Source: Octopus sinensis (Eukaryota). From it: a stretch of DNA of 64,000 bases. Numbering within the stretch: the stretch's first letter is position 1; every line of letters begins with the position of its first letter. A model generated the notes under the pieces. That model searched no databases, was not told the DNA's origin, and worked only from the letters and a program-made list of their open reading frames with translations. The stretch covers positions 110,546,001-110,610,000 of the forward strand of contig NC_043002.1 in assembly GCF_006345805.1 (NCBI RefSeq), in the 5' to 3' direction. Below are positions 51,797 to 64,000 of this stretch, in pieces. Both the position numbers and the translations under genes were made by a program.

Positions 51797-52755
51797 TATG
51801 GTGTATTTAAAACTATACCAGGACTTTGCAAAACTCCTGTTATGCTTGGTTTTGAATCTTTCGAGCAGTTTACATGTGTGATAGAAAAAGTACTGTCAAA
51901 CATACTTAAAAGTTCTACTTTCCCAGCACATGTCATTAAAATATCTTTTTCATTTGTGTGCTGGTGTATCAAGATAGAAGTGAAAAGAATTGAGATCTCT
52001 GCTCTCCTGCTCACAGGCCACAAGTCCGACATTGCCAAACAGCTCAATGTCAGCCAGATGAGTCGTGGAGAGGCTCAAGAATGGGAAAGACCTCAAAGAC
52101 CGACCTCAATCAGGCTGACCTCAGGTTATCAACCGTTTGGCTGTGAGAAAGGCCATCAAAAGTGATCTGAAGCTCAAAATGACTGTTGCAGAGAACAACA
52201 TCTCAGTGGCCATGATGTCCAGGGCTGTCAAGGAAGAGGGCAGTAAGAGCTTGAGGTGCATGGAAAAACCTCTATTCACCAACCGTTAGTGAGAACAACA
52301 TTAGGAGTGCTGTTGTTGCCTTCTCAGTGACTTGAAGTGACGTGGCAATTGAATTCTCATTTTTTTCTGATGAAAAAACCTTCAACAACCAGAATGATAG
52401 CATGGTCAGCTTCGACCAGGATGTCTCTGAGATCAGCTATGTGTGCACCTGATCTCCATGATGATGTTCGGCATCATGGCTTCAAATGACAAGGTGCCAC
52501 CAGTGTCATTCATGGCTGGTTACAGGCTCACTGTTACCAACTACAGAGACATCTTGACCATGAAAGTCCTGCAGTGGGTGAGAAAGATCACAAAGAAGGT
52601 GAACTACGTCTTTCAGCAGGATGGTGTCTCGGCTCACACGGCCAATGCTGTGCAAAAATAGTTGGGGTCGAACGTGATCTTCTGGTCGAAGGACCTTTGG
52701 CCGCAACAGTTGCTCAACCTCAATCACCTTGACTACAAGGGTGTGGGCATTTGTC
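51797..52755 (+). mobile_element. Tc1/mariner-superfamily (maT/DD37D-like) transposase pseudogene, 3'-truncated
   Basis: HTH EVKRIEISALLLTGHKSDIAKQLNVS; FSDEKTF..NQND; YVFQQDGVSAHT...FWSKDLWPQQLLNLNHLDY; contains frameshifts and stops. Confidence 0.88.
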
Positions 52756-52764
52756 AAGGGCAAA

Positions 52765-53045
52765 CATGGTCGATGCCAGTACCCCCTAACAAGGCTCCTG
52801 TGCTGGTAGCACATAAAAAGCATCATGCGAACGTGTTTGATGCCATTACTGCCAGACTGGCTCCCGTGCTGGTTACACATAAAAAGTACCCACTACACTT
52901 TCAGAGTGATTGGCGTTAGGAAGGGCATCCAGCAGTAGAAACCATGCTAGATCAGATTGGAGCCTGACACGGCCTACTGGCTTGCCAGTTCCCCTGTCAA
53001 ACCATGCCAGCATGGAAAACAGGCATTAAATGATGATATTGATGA
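52765..53045 (+). mobile_element. RTE 3' UTR (family B), diverged
   Basis: GTGCTGGTAGCACATAAAAAGCA units, GGCGTTAGGAAGGGCATCCAG, (GAT)n tail. Confidence 0.8.
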
Positions 53046-53381
53046 TGTGTGTGTGTGTACATATGAGTATATATATGTATACATGTAAGTATGTATGTAT
53101 TTATATGTATATATGCATATATATATGTGTGTATATGTATGTATGTATATATGTATATATATATATATGTATACACGTAAATATGTATTTATGTATGTAT
53201 ATATGTATATATATATGTGTGTGTATATGTATGTATATATGTGTGTTTGTATATGTGTGTATTTATGTATGTATATATATATATACGTGTGTATATGTAT
53301 ATATGTGTGTATATGTATATATATATGTATATGTGTGTATATGTATATATATATATGTATATGTGTGTATATATGTGTATG

Positions 53382-53418
<37 letters not shown>

Positions 53419-53421
53419 ATG

Positions 53422-53456
<35 letters not shown>

Positions 53457-53529
53457 ATATGTATGTATATATATATATGTGTGTATATGTATATATTTGT
53501 ATATTTAAATATATATATATACAAAGCAA

Positions 53530-53910
53530 CTTTAGAGTGTTGGGCCCGATGGAAACAAGATGGCCAATGCCTGTGGCATATGAAAAGCACCTTTGACGTG
53601 GTGGACCTCATGGAGGCAATGACAAATGACCGAGATCTTTGGTAGTATGCCATGCTTTGAGAAGACCCATCAAGCCAAGTGAAATCATTGTCTTGGTAGA
53701 TACTGGTGTCACATGAATGGCACCCATGCCAGTGGTATGTAAAATCACTCATTACTCTCTTAGAGTGGTTGGCATTAGAAAGGGCATCCAGCCATAGAAA
53801 CCATGCCAAATCAGACTGGAGTCTGGTTCAGCCTTCCAGCTTGCCATCAGCCCTGGTCAAACCATCCAACCCATTGCCAGCATAGACGACAGACATCAAA
53901 TGATGATAAT
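53530..53910 (+). mobile_element. RTE ORF C-terminus plus 3' UTR
   Basis: [23 protein letters not shown], then the family B UTR. Confidence 0.8.
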
Positions 53911-54133
53911 ATATGTTTGTGTATGCATGTGTATGTATATATTTTTATATTTTATATTTTATGTTTTTATATATTTTTTAATTAATTTTATTTCTATGTA
54001 TTGGCTTATGATTTTCACTGTTTGATTTGCCTAGTAGTGGTTTTATCTCTAATTTAATATAATATATATTTATACTATAAAATTAGATTTAATCCTAAAT
54101 CTAATTTTTCCCTGTAAGTTTGGATTTACTCCC

Positions 54134-54182
<49 letters not shown>

Positions 54183-55791
54183 CTATGTATCTATGTATGT
54201 ATCTATGTATGTGTATATATGTATGTATCTATATATGTATATATCTATATGTATATACATATACTTGAAAATGTTCAGGTTGCAAGCATAGAGCCCTCTC
54301 CTCCCATCACTGACTTATTTAAAGAGAAAATGGAAAAATCAGTTATTATAGGAGGGTAAGTACTGTTTAGATGAATGTATTCCTAGTATATTACGAGCAC
54401 ACATTTATATAGCTCTTGGAGTGATTAAAAGCAGAAAAAATCAGAAAAAATATGAGAAACCAGCTATGGTCATGTGTGAATTCATTACTTAGAGGTATCA
54501 GACTGAGTCTCGCAAAGCATTTAATTCAGTGCTTCATCTTTTTGTGCTAAATTTCCATTAATACAATAACCGGATAGCTAGCTGTATATTCTGAACACTT
54601 TCCAGGTTGTTGTTTATAGTTTCTAACAATTTATGTTTGAGTAAAAGTATGTGTGTGTGTGTGTGTCTGTGTGTCCATAGAGGTTGGGCATCTGTGTGTG
54701 GTTCCTTAATCTTCTAATGTTTTGTTAGTAGTAGTAGTTTATAATAGTAGGGCTTTCATCTAGTGAATCATTATTTGTTTTGAGTGTTACATTCCCTCCT
54801 CTTCTCTTCTCTTCTCTTCTCTTCTCTGTTTCAGTTATGATTTTTTTTTTTTTGTCATCATATGTTGTCATCAATTGTTTGTAGTACTCATGTATTTAGT
54901 AATGAAAATAGAAAAAAAAAAACAACAGCCAAACTAAAACAGTTAAGTAGATTATGTAAATCTTTTGATCAGTCACTCACCCCCACCACACACACATAGA
55001 TATTTATGTAGTTGTTGCATAGTAAATTTAGTCATACACACACACACAAGTGAATCTTTGTGTTTGTGTGAGCATCCATGAATGTTACCTTGTTTAGTTC
55101 TTATTGCTCTAATCTGTCTTGAACATTACACTTGTTTTCTGTTCCTCTAAATAACTGGCATTTCATTTTTGTTGTTGCTATAAGTGATTCTCGATTTGTC
55201 TTTTGTTTTTTTTTTGTTTTGTTTTTTTTTTTCTTTCCTTTATTTACCTTTTTTTTTATTAGGAGATTAAAGCAATATTGCAAAATGTTTGGCTTCAAAA
55301 AGAAAATAAGGTTGGAAAGCTATAAAGAAAGACAGAGAGAGAGAGAAAGAGAGAGAGAGAGAAAAACTAAGGAAAAAAAATAAATAAAAGTATTTTAAAA
55401 ATCAATAATCTCCAGCATTGCAATCAGGATATTAGTCATATTTTTCTTGTTTGTATTTTTTATCACCATTCTTGTGCCATTTGTTTTTTGTTCAACACAC
55501 TGACTGCTTTAGCTTCTTGTTTTCTTACATTAGATGAAGAAACAAAAATTTGAGTATCAACAAGCTAAATTACTATACATATGTTTTAGAATACATGTGT
55601 GTATACACAAACACACATACACACAAAAACCATATACACCCATATATCTATCTATCTCTCTCTCTCTATATATATATATTAAATGACAAAATAATCTTAG
55701 TTTCCTATCTCAAATTATATAATATCTAAAATGCTATGAATTTTTCCTTTATCTCTTCATATATATATATTTTTTTGCTGCTTTAGTTTTG

Positions 55792-55841
<50 letters not shown>

Positions 55842-56800
55842 ATATATACACATATACATTGTGTATAAATGTATACAGAGTGTATTTTTTTATGTAATAA
55901 CTGGAGGAAATGTAATTCCCTGCTGAGCTCTTATCTGAATCCTGTTGCTTTGTTATAAAGTGACTTTAAAAAGATTTGCTGATTTTTAAAGTGAACCAAG
56001 AAAATTGTTGCTAGATATTATATATACAACAGTAGATACTTGAAAGAGAGATAACGGATAAGAGAATTGATATAGAGTTGAGCTGTTTATGAATGAGGTT
56101 TTGATGGTGTTAACCAGAGCAGCTAATCTGATCAATAATAATATTCCTGTCTCTATACCAGAGTCACATAACTTTCTGGTTCAATCCGTTTTGTTGTAAA
56201 CAGGTAGGTATAGCTCATTGTTGCTTGTTGCATGAAGACTTGTTAGTTAGTATTTATTAGCTTGCATTGCTAAGTTGAAATCCTGTAATAGGTCTGTGCT
56301 AGGCAACAGGACATTTCTGCCATCATTACAAATATCAGAGCGCCCTGTTATGAAGGCCTGAGATCAGCAGAGCCCTCAAATGTCTAATATCTAAGTGACT
56401 ATTTCAGTAGTATAAAGATGAAAAGCAGACTAGAGAGAAGTGTGCTGAGGAGAGTTGTTGTTTAGCAAACTCCAAGCCAACATACTGGACTGAGCAGACT
56501 TATAATGAAAGATATTACAGCCACGGTCCTTCCATCTTTTTGTATATCTAAGTATACACAGTCCAGTATATTCCTTCTAGTTTTAACATGATTAAACGTG
56601 ATTCAGGGCAAATTTGGCTTGTGGTTCTGTAGGGAAAACAACCACATAGAGCTATAAACCTAGAATTAATCAAGCAATATACACACACCTACACAAATGA
56701 ATGTTTATGTTTCTAACGACTAAGGCACGAGACCAATATTTTGTAAAAAGGTGGTAAGACCAATATAGCAATTCAACTGATTCAAATATATTATTTAATA

Positions 56801-57197
56801 CTAGCAGTATCGCCCGGCGTTGCTCGGGTTTGTAAGGGAAATAACTATATAAGCATTTTTAGAGATGTAAAGTATAATAGCCATCTCAATATGGCTAACC
56901 ACAAAGGGGAGGGTGTTACTGTAGCTTTTTACGTTCTGAGATTTAATAATACATTTTTAGAGAGTTACTTCCCTTATATAATAGCAAAAAAATGCATTAA
57001 AAATGAGAAAAAATTATGGTAAATTTTTTTTTAAATCGTAGACTCATCGTAGACGTGCACTAATACCCAGAAGGGCTCGATATGAATCACGACTATAAGA
57101 TACCCGGTTTTGGTTACACTGCACCGCAAAATGTGGGAGTAGTTAGGAATCTAAATCGTAGGAGACAGACACGCAACTTCACTTTTATATATAAAGA
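56801..57197 (-). mobile_element. Non-autonomous Helitron (397 bp)
   Basis: Reverse complement of the 39716 copy, with A|TC...CTAG|T ends. Confidence 0.9.
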
Positions 57198-59313
57198 TAT
57201 GTTTGATTTGACTTTGGATGGAATGATAAACGTTAACCAAGGGGTTAGGGTGCTACAATCACAATGGCGAAATCATGGTTTCAATTCCTATACCAGGTAG
57301 TGCATTGTTGATTAAAACAGCACAAACATTTGATCACTATTAACGAATCATCTGTGCAAGTTGTTCAATAAGAAATTGTGGAATGCTCTCCTGCCGTAGA
57401 CGACAGGAGAGTTCATGATATTATATCATGAACAATGGGAAGAAAAAAGGAGTACTCAGTACTAAAAGCAGAGATTTCTTTTTATTGTATTTTATTGGGG
57501 GAAAAAATGAACTTCAAGAAAATTGGATGAGAGCTGCTTGGAAAAGTTGACACAAAGAATCTTTTTGGTTAGTGAAAATGACTATTGAAAAAATAGATCA
57601 AATGCAAACTTATCAAAAAGGGAAAAAAGGGTAAGAGTAAAGGGAGGAGAGGATGTGTCCAGCTTTAATTGTCTTCTGATTGTCCTATTTTCTCACTATC
57701 ATCTAATGATCAGAAAGATTGGAAACATGAAACTTGGAATAACATTTGTGACGTTTCACCTTGAGACACACACACAATCACACACATGTGTCAGTAACTA
57801 TACCATCTATCACACTAGGGTTCTACACAAGTACATGGATGAATTGTAATTCAACTGGCCTTTCCAGCATCCTTGCAACTGAATGTAAAACACGCACTTA
57901 AGAAATATGCACATACATGAATTCACATAGATACACAATTCTATTTATTTGTTTAAATATTTAATATGTGAATAGATTATATTCTGAAGCATTTTGGGAA
58001 AATTTATACAGGAATTAGCTATGATTTTTTTCAAAACTGTTCTCCGTTCTGTAACATTGGCAATCATCTTACATTCTTTAATATAAACTGAAATCTAGAA
58101 ACATGCCATTATATTTGCGCAACACAAACATTGATAACTTACAATTGTTTTTTAGGTAAACCTGAAAGCATTTCAGCCCCGATCATCCTGTCTTCCTAGG
58201 ACTCCTTGTCCAATATTTTGCAGCTATAAAGAACTTTTAACATCATACATTTACAAGATTTTGGGCTAATAATCTGTGAGACAGCTCTCTTCAGCAAATG
58301 CAGCTCATTTTCAGATATGTAGACTAGAGTTATGCAGAATGAAGTTTTTTTACTCCAGGACAAAATGTGTCATCCAGTTCAAGAATCTATCATATGTCCA
58401 ATAGTCTAACCACTAGGCCATGCACCTTTGCCTTTCTAGGATTACCTTGTATAACATGTCTTTCTCTTTCGTCAAGACAATAGGGTATGATTTAAATTAG
58501 AACTGGTTGCTTTTTTTAGTTGATCAAGTGATCACATAGAGGTTTATTTGTTTCATAATATTGTAACATGGTCAATAATCTTAAGTGAATGGAAAAGAAT
58601 GAGCTGAACAGAAATGCCTGTTAGGAAACCTTAAGATTTTAAACATGTGTGGTTTGAAGAAGTTATGACTATCAGAGCTAATGGTTAGTGTATATAACAG
58701 AAATACCTATTTTGGTATGAACATGGGGTTCAAAGATACTTCTTGGGGTGGAGGAAGTGCTGTGAGTTGATAGTGTATACTAACAGAAGTAGAGAAAAAA
58801 AACTATAAAAGTTGGGAAATGGTTAAATCAGAATTTGAACGATGATACAGGAAGTCAGCTGGGGACATATTATGCAGATTTATCAAATCAATGATATTGA
58901 TGATGATAAAATATATTTAGTGTACTTGGTAACCGGGTTTTATTTATAAACAAATATTCATTTCTATAAAAAATAGTTGGCCTAATTAAACCATTATAAA
59001 GCTTTGTAAAAATGGCTTTGAGGTTAAGGTTTCATCATACTGGCTACATGGTTATGAATTTGTGGTCCACTCTTAATGCAAGATACATGATTCTGCGTAC
59101 CTCAGTCTACTTAGCTGACAAGCAAATTCTATTCTTCATTGTTAAATATTGGCCATATATCTTGTTCAATTTGAGCAGAATATATGGCTGTAGTAACAAT
59201 TCATGTAAATAAAATGCAAATGTTCAAATTATGGAAACTTCCATTTTTACTAGAACATGAAAATGAATATAAAATTGTAAAATAATGCTTATATAAATAA
59301 AATAATGCTTATA

Positions 59314-59733
59314 GGCGCAGGAGTGGCTGTGTGGTAAGTAGCTTGTCTACCAACCGCATGGTTCCGGGTTCAGTCCCACTGTGTGGCACCTTGGGTAAGT
59401 GTCTTCTACTATAGCCTCGGGCCAACCGAGGCCTTGTGAGTGAATTTGGTAGACGGAAACTGAAAGAAGCTCGTCATATATATGTATATATATATATATA
59501 TGCGTGTGTGTGTTTGTGTGTCTGTGTTTGTCCCCTAGCATTGCTTGACAACTGATGCTGGTGTGTTTATGACCCCGTCACTTAGCAGTTTGGCAAAAGA
59601 GACCGATAGAATAAGTACTGGGCTTACAAAAGAATAAGTCCTGGGGTCGATCTGCTCAATTAAAGGCGGTGCTCCAGCATGGCCGCAGTCAAATGACTGA
59701 AACAAGTAAAAGAGTAAAGAGAGTAAAAGAGTA
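59314..59733 (+). mobile_element. SINE family A, full length
   Basis: GGCGCAGGAGTGG head; GTAAAAGAGTAAAGAGAGTAAAAGAGT tail. Confidence 0.93.
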
Positions 59734-59953
59734 TATCAATTCTGGCTCTTAGCATACAAATACTCTTAGTTTAATTTAAAGCTATTGAACATAATGACTA
59801 TGAAGCCTAGTTTAAATGAAGTTTATTTGATATGATAATGAAATAAAAATTTGTATTTATGCTATTTCCCTTTTATGTAATAATTTTCGCTGTTGATAAT
59901 AAATATATACTTTTTATTTATTTATTATCATTATTATTATTATTATTATTATT

Positions 59954-60892
59954 CAGTAGTTTTATTTTTATAGTGTGCTTTCACTTCACTACCGAGCACA
60001 GCTCTGTGTGCCTTGGGTATGTGCTGTGATTTGCTGTGATGTTCTGATGGTTACTGTATTGAAAGTGTTTTGCGTAGAATGTGTGCAGTGCCTAGTAGTG
60101 CAATTTTCTGTATGTTATATGTGTTTGTAAGTCCTGGTGTTTTTGTTATATATTTGTCTGAATATTTTTTTATCATGCCTAATGCACCTACTATGATAGG
60201 AATTGTTTCTGTTTTCAGATTCCACATTCTGGTTACCTCTATTTCCAGGTCTTTGTATTTTGAGAGTTTCTCCATTTCTTTTAGAGACACGTTGTCATCT
60301 GCCAGTATTGATACATCAATTAGAAAGCATTTTTTCTTCATGATCTCTGACAACCATATCTGGCCTGTTGGCCTTAATTTCTCTATCTGTGTGTATTGGA
60401 ATATCCCAGAGTATGGTTGCTTTCTCGTTTTCTGTGACTTTTTCTGGTGTGTGTTTATACCATCTTTTTTCTGTTGTTATTCCATAATGTTGGCATAGCT
60501 TCCAGTGTATGTAGATCCCAACTCTGTTGTGTCTATGAATATAATACCGGTATTATTTAATTTATTTGTAATTTTTTTTGTACATGGTGTTTGGGGCCGG
60601 AGATGGTCTGGTGTTGATAGACCGTAATGTATCAAGCATGTTTACATGTGCTTTGCGAGAGGTGGAGGTGATATCCAGTTAAAATACTTCAATTCATTTG
60701 GAAAATAGTAATAAATTTCAATGAGTATTACTTACTCAGATATAGTCCAATCCTTTGTCAGCTATTTTTTGGCTCCATGCGATGTCTTTATTTCCGATGT
60801 TTGTGGATAAATTTCGGAGCACTGTTTTATCACTCTCACATGTTAAACATCCCCCGGTGTTCTCCTGTTAAATGTTCCCCGGTGTTCTCCTC
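59954..60892 (-). mobile_element. R4/Dong-type RLE non-LTR retrotransposon derivative inside (TAA)n, apparently internally deleted
   Basis: 60543->60051 reads YIHRHNRVGIYIHWKLCQHYG...ILWDIPIHTDREIKANRPDMVV /frameshift/ CFLIDVS...KEMEKLSKYKDL...IPIIVGALG; (TTA)n at 59922-59953 and 60893-60930. Confidence 0.85.
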
Positions 60893-60930
<38 letters not shown>

Positions 60931-60932
<2 letters not shown>

Positions 60933-61225
60933 GTACATAGCTTAGTGGTTAGGATGTTGCACTCACAATCACTAGATCATAATTTCAATTCCTGGACCAG
61001 GTGGTGTGTTGCATTCTTGAGCAAAACACTTCATCTCCCGTTGCTCTGCGATCACTTTGACACCTGATGTGTGGTAGACAGTGCACCTGTTCAAACAATG
61101 TCGATTTGATGGAGAGAATGAACTAATGTGTGGATTGAACATTTGATTACTATAAACAATTCATTTGTGCAGGTTGTTTGGCAAAAGCTGAATGCTCATA
61201 TGTCCATAATGATGGAGAGTCCATT
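60931..61225 (+). mobile_element. Decayed tRNA-derived SINE related to the 57235-57415 fragment
   Basis: TAGCTTAGTGG A-box, TTTCAATTCC B-box remnant, TTCTTGAGCAAAACACTT. Confidence 0.6.
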
Positions 61226-61379
61226 ATCATCATTATTAATTTTTTTTTGTGTACTATGTTGATGAAGAGGAGTAAATCAGTTTTGCCTGTCCCTTTATTC
61301 TTGTTTTTCTCCTTCAGTCTTTTTGATTTCAGTTTTTCACTAGTCTAAATCTTCTTCAGTCAGCACTAATAATTATATA

Positions 61380-61777
61380 TCTTTATATATAAAAGTCAAG
61401 TTGTGTGTCTGTCTCCTACGATTTAGATTCCTAACTACTCCCACATTTTGCAGTGCAGTTTAACCAAAACCGGGTATCTTATAGTCGTGATTCATATCGA
61501 GCCCTTCTGGGTATTAGCGCGCCTCTACGATGAGTCTACAATTTAAAAAAAAATTTACCATCATTTTTTTCCCATTTTAATGCATTTTTTCGCTATTATA
61601 TAAGGGAAGTAACTCTCTAAAAATGTCTACGATGAGTCAACGATTTAAAAAAAAAATTACCATAATTTTTTTCCATTTTTAATGCATTTTTTTGCTATTT
61701 TTTGGCTATGACTCTCTAAAAATGCTTTTATAGTTATTTCCCTTACAAACCCGAGCAACGCCGGGCAATACTGCTAG
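61380..61777 (+). mobile_element. Non-autonomous Helitron variant (398 bp) with internal tandem duplication
   Basis: Same termini as the 39716 copy; the middle block is replaced by a second TCTACGATGAGTC...ACTCTCTAAAAATG unit. Confidence 0.9.
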
Positions 61778-63502
61778 TTTATGATATTATTTATTCATTA
61801 CCTCAGTCAGTACTATTTCATACAGATTCAGACACTCTTAAGTTTTAGTTCATTTGAGTTTAGACTGTTTCCTGCATTTATTTCAGTGGTTTTGAAAACA
61901 AAAGATTATTGTTCTGAATTTCTGAGGTTTAGGTAAATCCTTCTTTGGCAGAATATTTTATTCAGTTGGTATTTTTTCAACCTAGTTATTTAATCTATTA
62001 CAGAAGTCTCTATATGCTCATCCTATCTACTAAAAAATAGCACTCAATATTTTATCAAATCACTCCGTACTTCCTTAAAAAAAAATACAAGAATATAGTA
62101 GATGATGCAGCCTAGATGATCTGGAAAGCCTTTCATCATAGGTCTGCTCAATTAGGGTTTAATATGGCATTAAATATGTGCTATTGTGCTATTCGTATTT
62201 CTTAGTTAAGCGGTTAGTATCCAGCTCTAAAATGTATGTTCCAGCAGTCTGTGCTTAATTTAGAAGGTGGGGTGCATCAAAAGCTTGGTAAAATCAGATT
62301 GAAAAAAAGATGTAATAATGATAGTTCTGTACCCTTTATAGATATTTTAGGTCTAATTATGACTTATTTTCCTAAAAGCTCTTGCTTTAATTCCATTTTA
62401 ATATTGCCTACCTATAAATACTCTAACAAAAATATGGAAGTATTGAAGTGAACAAATATTTCTGAGAGCTATTTCTCATTGTTGCACTGAATTACAATAC
62501 TAACAACTTTTAAGTATTAAAATGAAATGTGAGTGTGTAAGTTAGTTGTTTAACATTAATAATCTATGAATAATTATATGAATAAATTATATTATATATA
62601 ATTTACTAAGTAATTCCTGGAAACATAAAAGCAAACTTGCAAACTGAATAACTCCATTGAAATTCCTTTACTCCATAAATAAGGTGATCAGATATTGATT
62701 AGAATTTTCTATATCATATAATCTCTCTGCTTAATAGTTGGGTTGTTTTGCATATAATGTTTCTAATAATAATTAAAAAGTAAAAGGAAGCAACCAAAAT
62801 CCCTAAATCTATTGAAGTGACTGATAAGTGATAAAGATTCGTTAATAATCACTCCCAGTTAGTGCTGCATATAAACTCAAATATAATTTTCATGATGTAT
62901 GAGTTTTTTTATATTTTTTTTTGCTATGTATTTTTATCTTTTCTTTCTTTCATAGCAGCAAATTGCTGCATTAGATTTGGTCTAGGGGAAAACTGATAAA
63001 CAGTAATTCTTCTCAATTATTCATATTCCATACACCTTTTCTGTGTTCTCTTACTAAAAATAGACATTGATCTATAATCAAAAAAGAGCTGATAGATAAC
63101 TCTTCAGTATAATCTGAAATGAATACAGAGAAAATATATTGGAGTGTTGGAGGTCTTTTCTACCGACTGCTAACTACTCAAGTGTGAAGTAGTGGGGTTT
63201 TCATATCTTACTGATTTTCTAGGCCCATCATTGTTGTGTTCTTTTAACATATTGTTGAAAATAGCAAAATACTAGACTAAAATGCCTTAAAATATTTTAT
63301 TTAGTCCTACATTTGCAGTTCAAATACTAAGGTTAACTTTGCATCTTCCAGATATTTACATAGTTTAATTGACATCATGCTTTTTTCTGCAAACTTATGG
63401 CCTTGTGCTGACATAAATACAGGCATGGCTGCATAGTTAAGTTTGCTTTGCAACTCTTTGTTTTCCAGCTTTTCCACCGTACAGTATTTTATGCAAGAGT
63501 AT

Positions 63503-63913
63503 TTTCTCTTTCTCTTTTATACTTGTTTCAGTCATTTGACTGCGGCCATGCTGGAGCACCACCTTTAGTTGAGCAACTCGACCCCGGGACTTATTCTTTT
63601 TGTAAGCCCAGTACTTATTCTATCGGTCTCTTTTTGCCGAACCGTTAAGTGAAGGGGACATAAACACACCAGCATCGGTTGTCAAGCAATGCTAGGGGAA
63701 CAAACACAGACACACAAACACACACATATATATATATATATACATATATACAACAGGCTTCTTTCAGTTTCCGTCTACCAAATCCACTCACAAGGCATTG
63801 GTCGGCCTGGGGCTATAGCAGAAGACACTTGCCCAAGATGCCACGCAGTGGGACTGAACCCGGAACCATGTGGCTGGTTAGCAAGCTACTTACCACACAG
63901 CCACTCCTGCGCC
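63503..63913 (-). mobile_element. SINE family A inserted antisense into an older family A copy (63419-63985)
   Basis: Old head AGGCATGGCTGCATAG lies before the insert; the old body CCAACCAAGGTCTTGTGAGTG continues after it. Confidence 0.9.
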
Positions 63914-64000
63914 TATCATAACTTCAAGCCAACCAAGGTCTTGTGAGTGAAATCTGAGAACCATGACTGTATGGAAACCTGTTGGTAGTATTGCCACTAC

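Noticed and set aside
57195-57217. miR-190-like AGATATGTTTGAT
   Set aside because: The match spans a Helitron terminus/flank junction, the 3' half diverges, and there is no precursor hairpin.

Overview
AT-rich, repeat-dense eukaryotic DNA. The SINE, RTE and microsatellite repertoire points to a coleoid cephalopod, most likely Octopus (inference). No intact protein-coding gene, rRNA, tRNA gene or CRISPR array is supportable. The window looks intronic or intergenic, with a few weak + strand exon candidates. Almost every ORF in the supplied track is a microsatellite or SINE read-through artefact. Real coding signal is limited to decayed transposon fragments: RTE and CR1/L2-group RT, L1/Tx1 zf-RVT, Penelope GIY-YIG, R4/Dong-type RLE, Gypsy integrase, maT-like transposase, and a Helitron RepHel linker missed by the ORF track. 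The most interesting signals are: (1) three sequence-unrelated minimal type-I hammerhead-ribozyme motifs with palindromic stem III (41116-41163 intact core; 45316-45359 CpG-decayed; 9474-9511 variant core) in short non-coding modules next to microsatellites, alongside fold-back modules and a Penelope endonuclease remnant; (2) a DINE-1/HINE-type Helentron element enclosing a Gypsy integrase fragment; (3) non-autonomous Helitrons and piggyBac-type MITEs that keep constant length despite different internal sequence; (4) an internally deleted Dong-like element inside (TAA)n with a 16-bp palindrome at the junction; (5) a closely spaced inverted SINE pair that could be an ADAR substrate. Boundaries of old elements are approximate. 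Family names come from motif recognition, not database searches.
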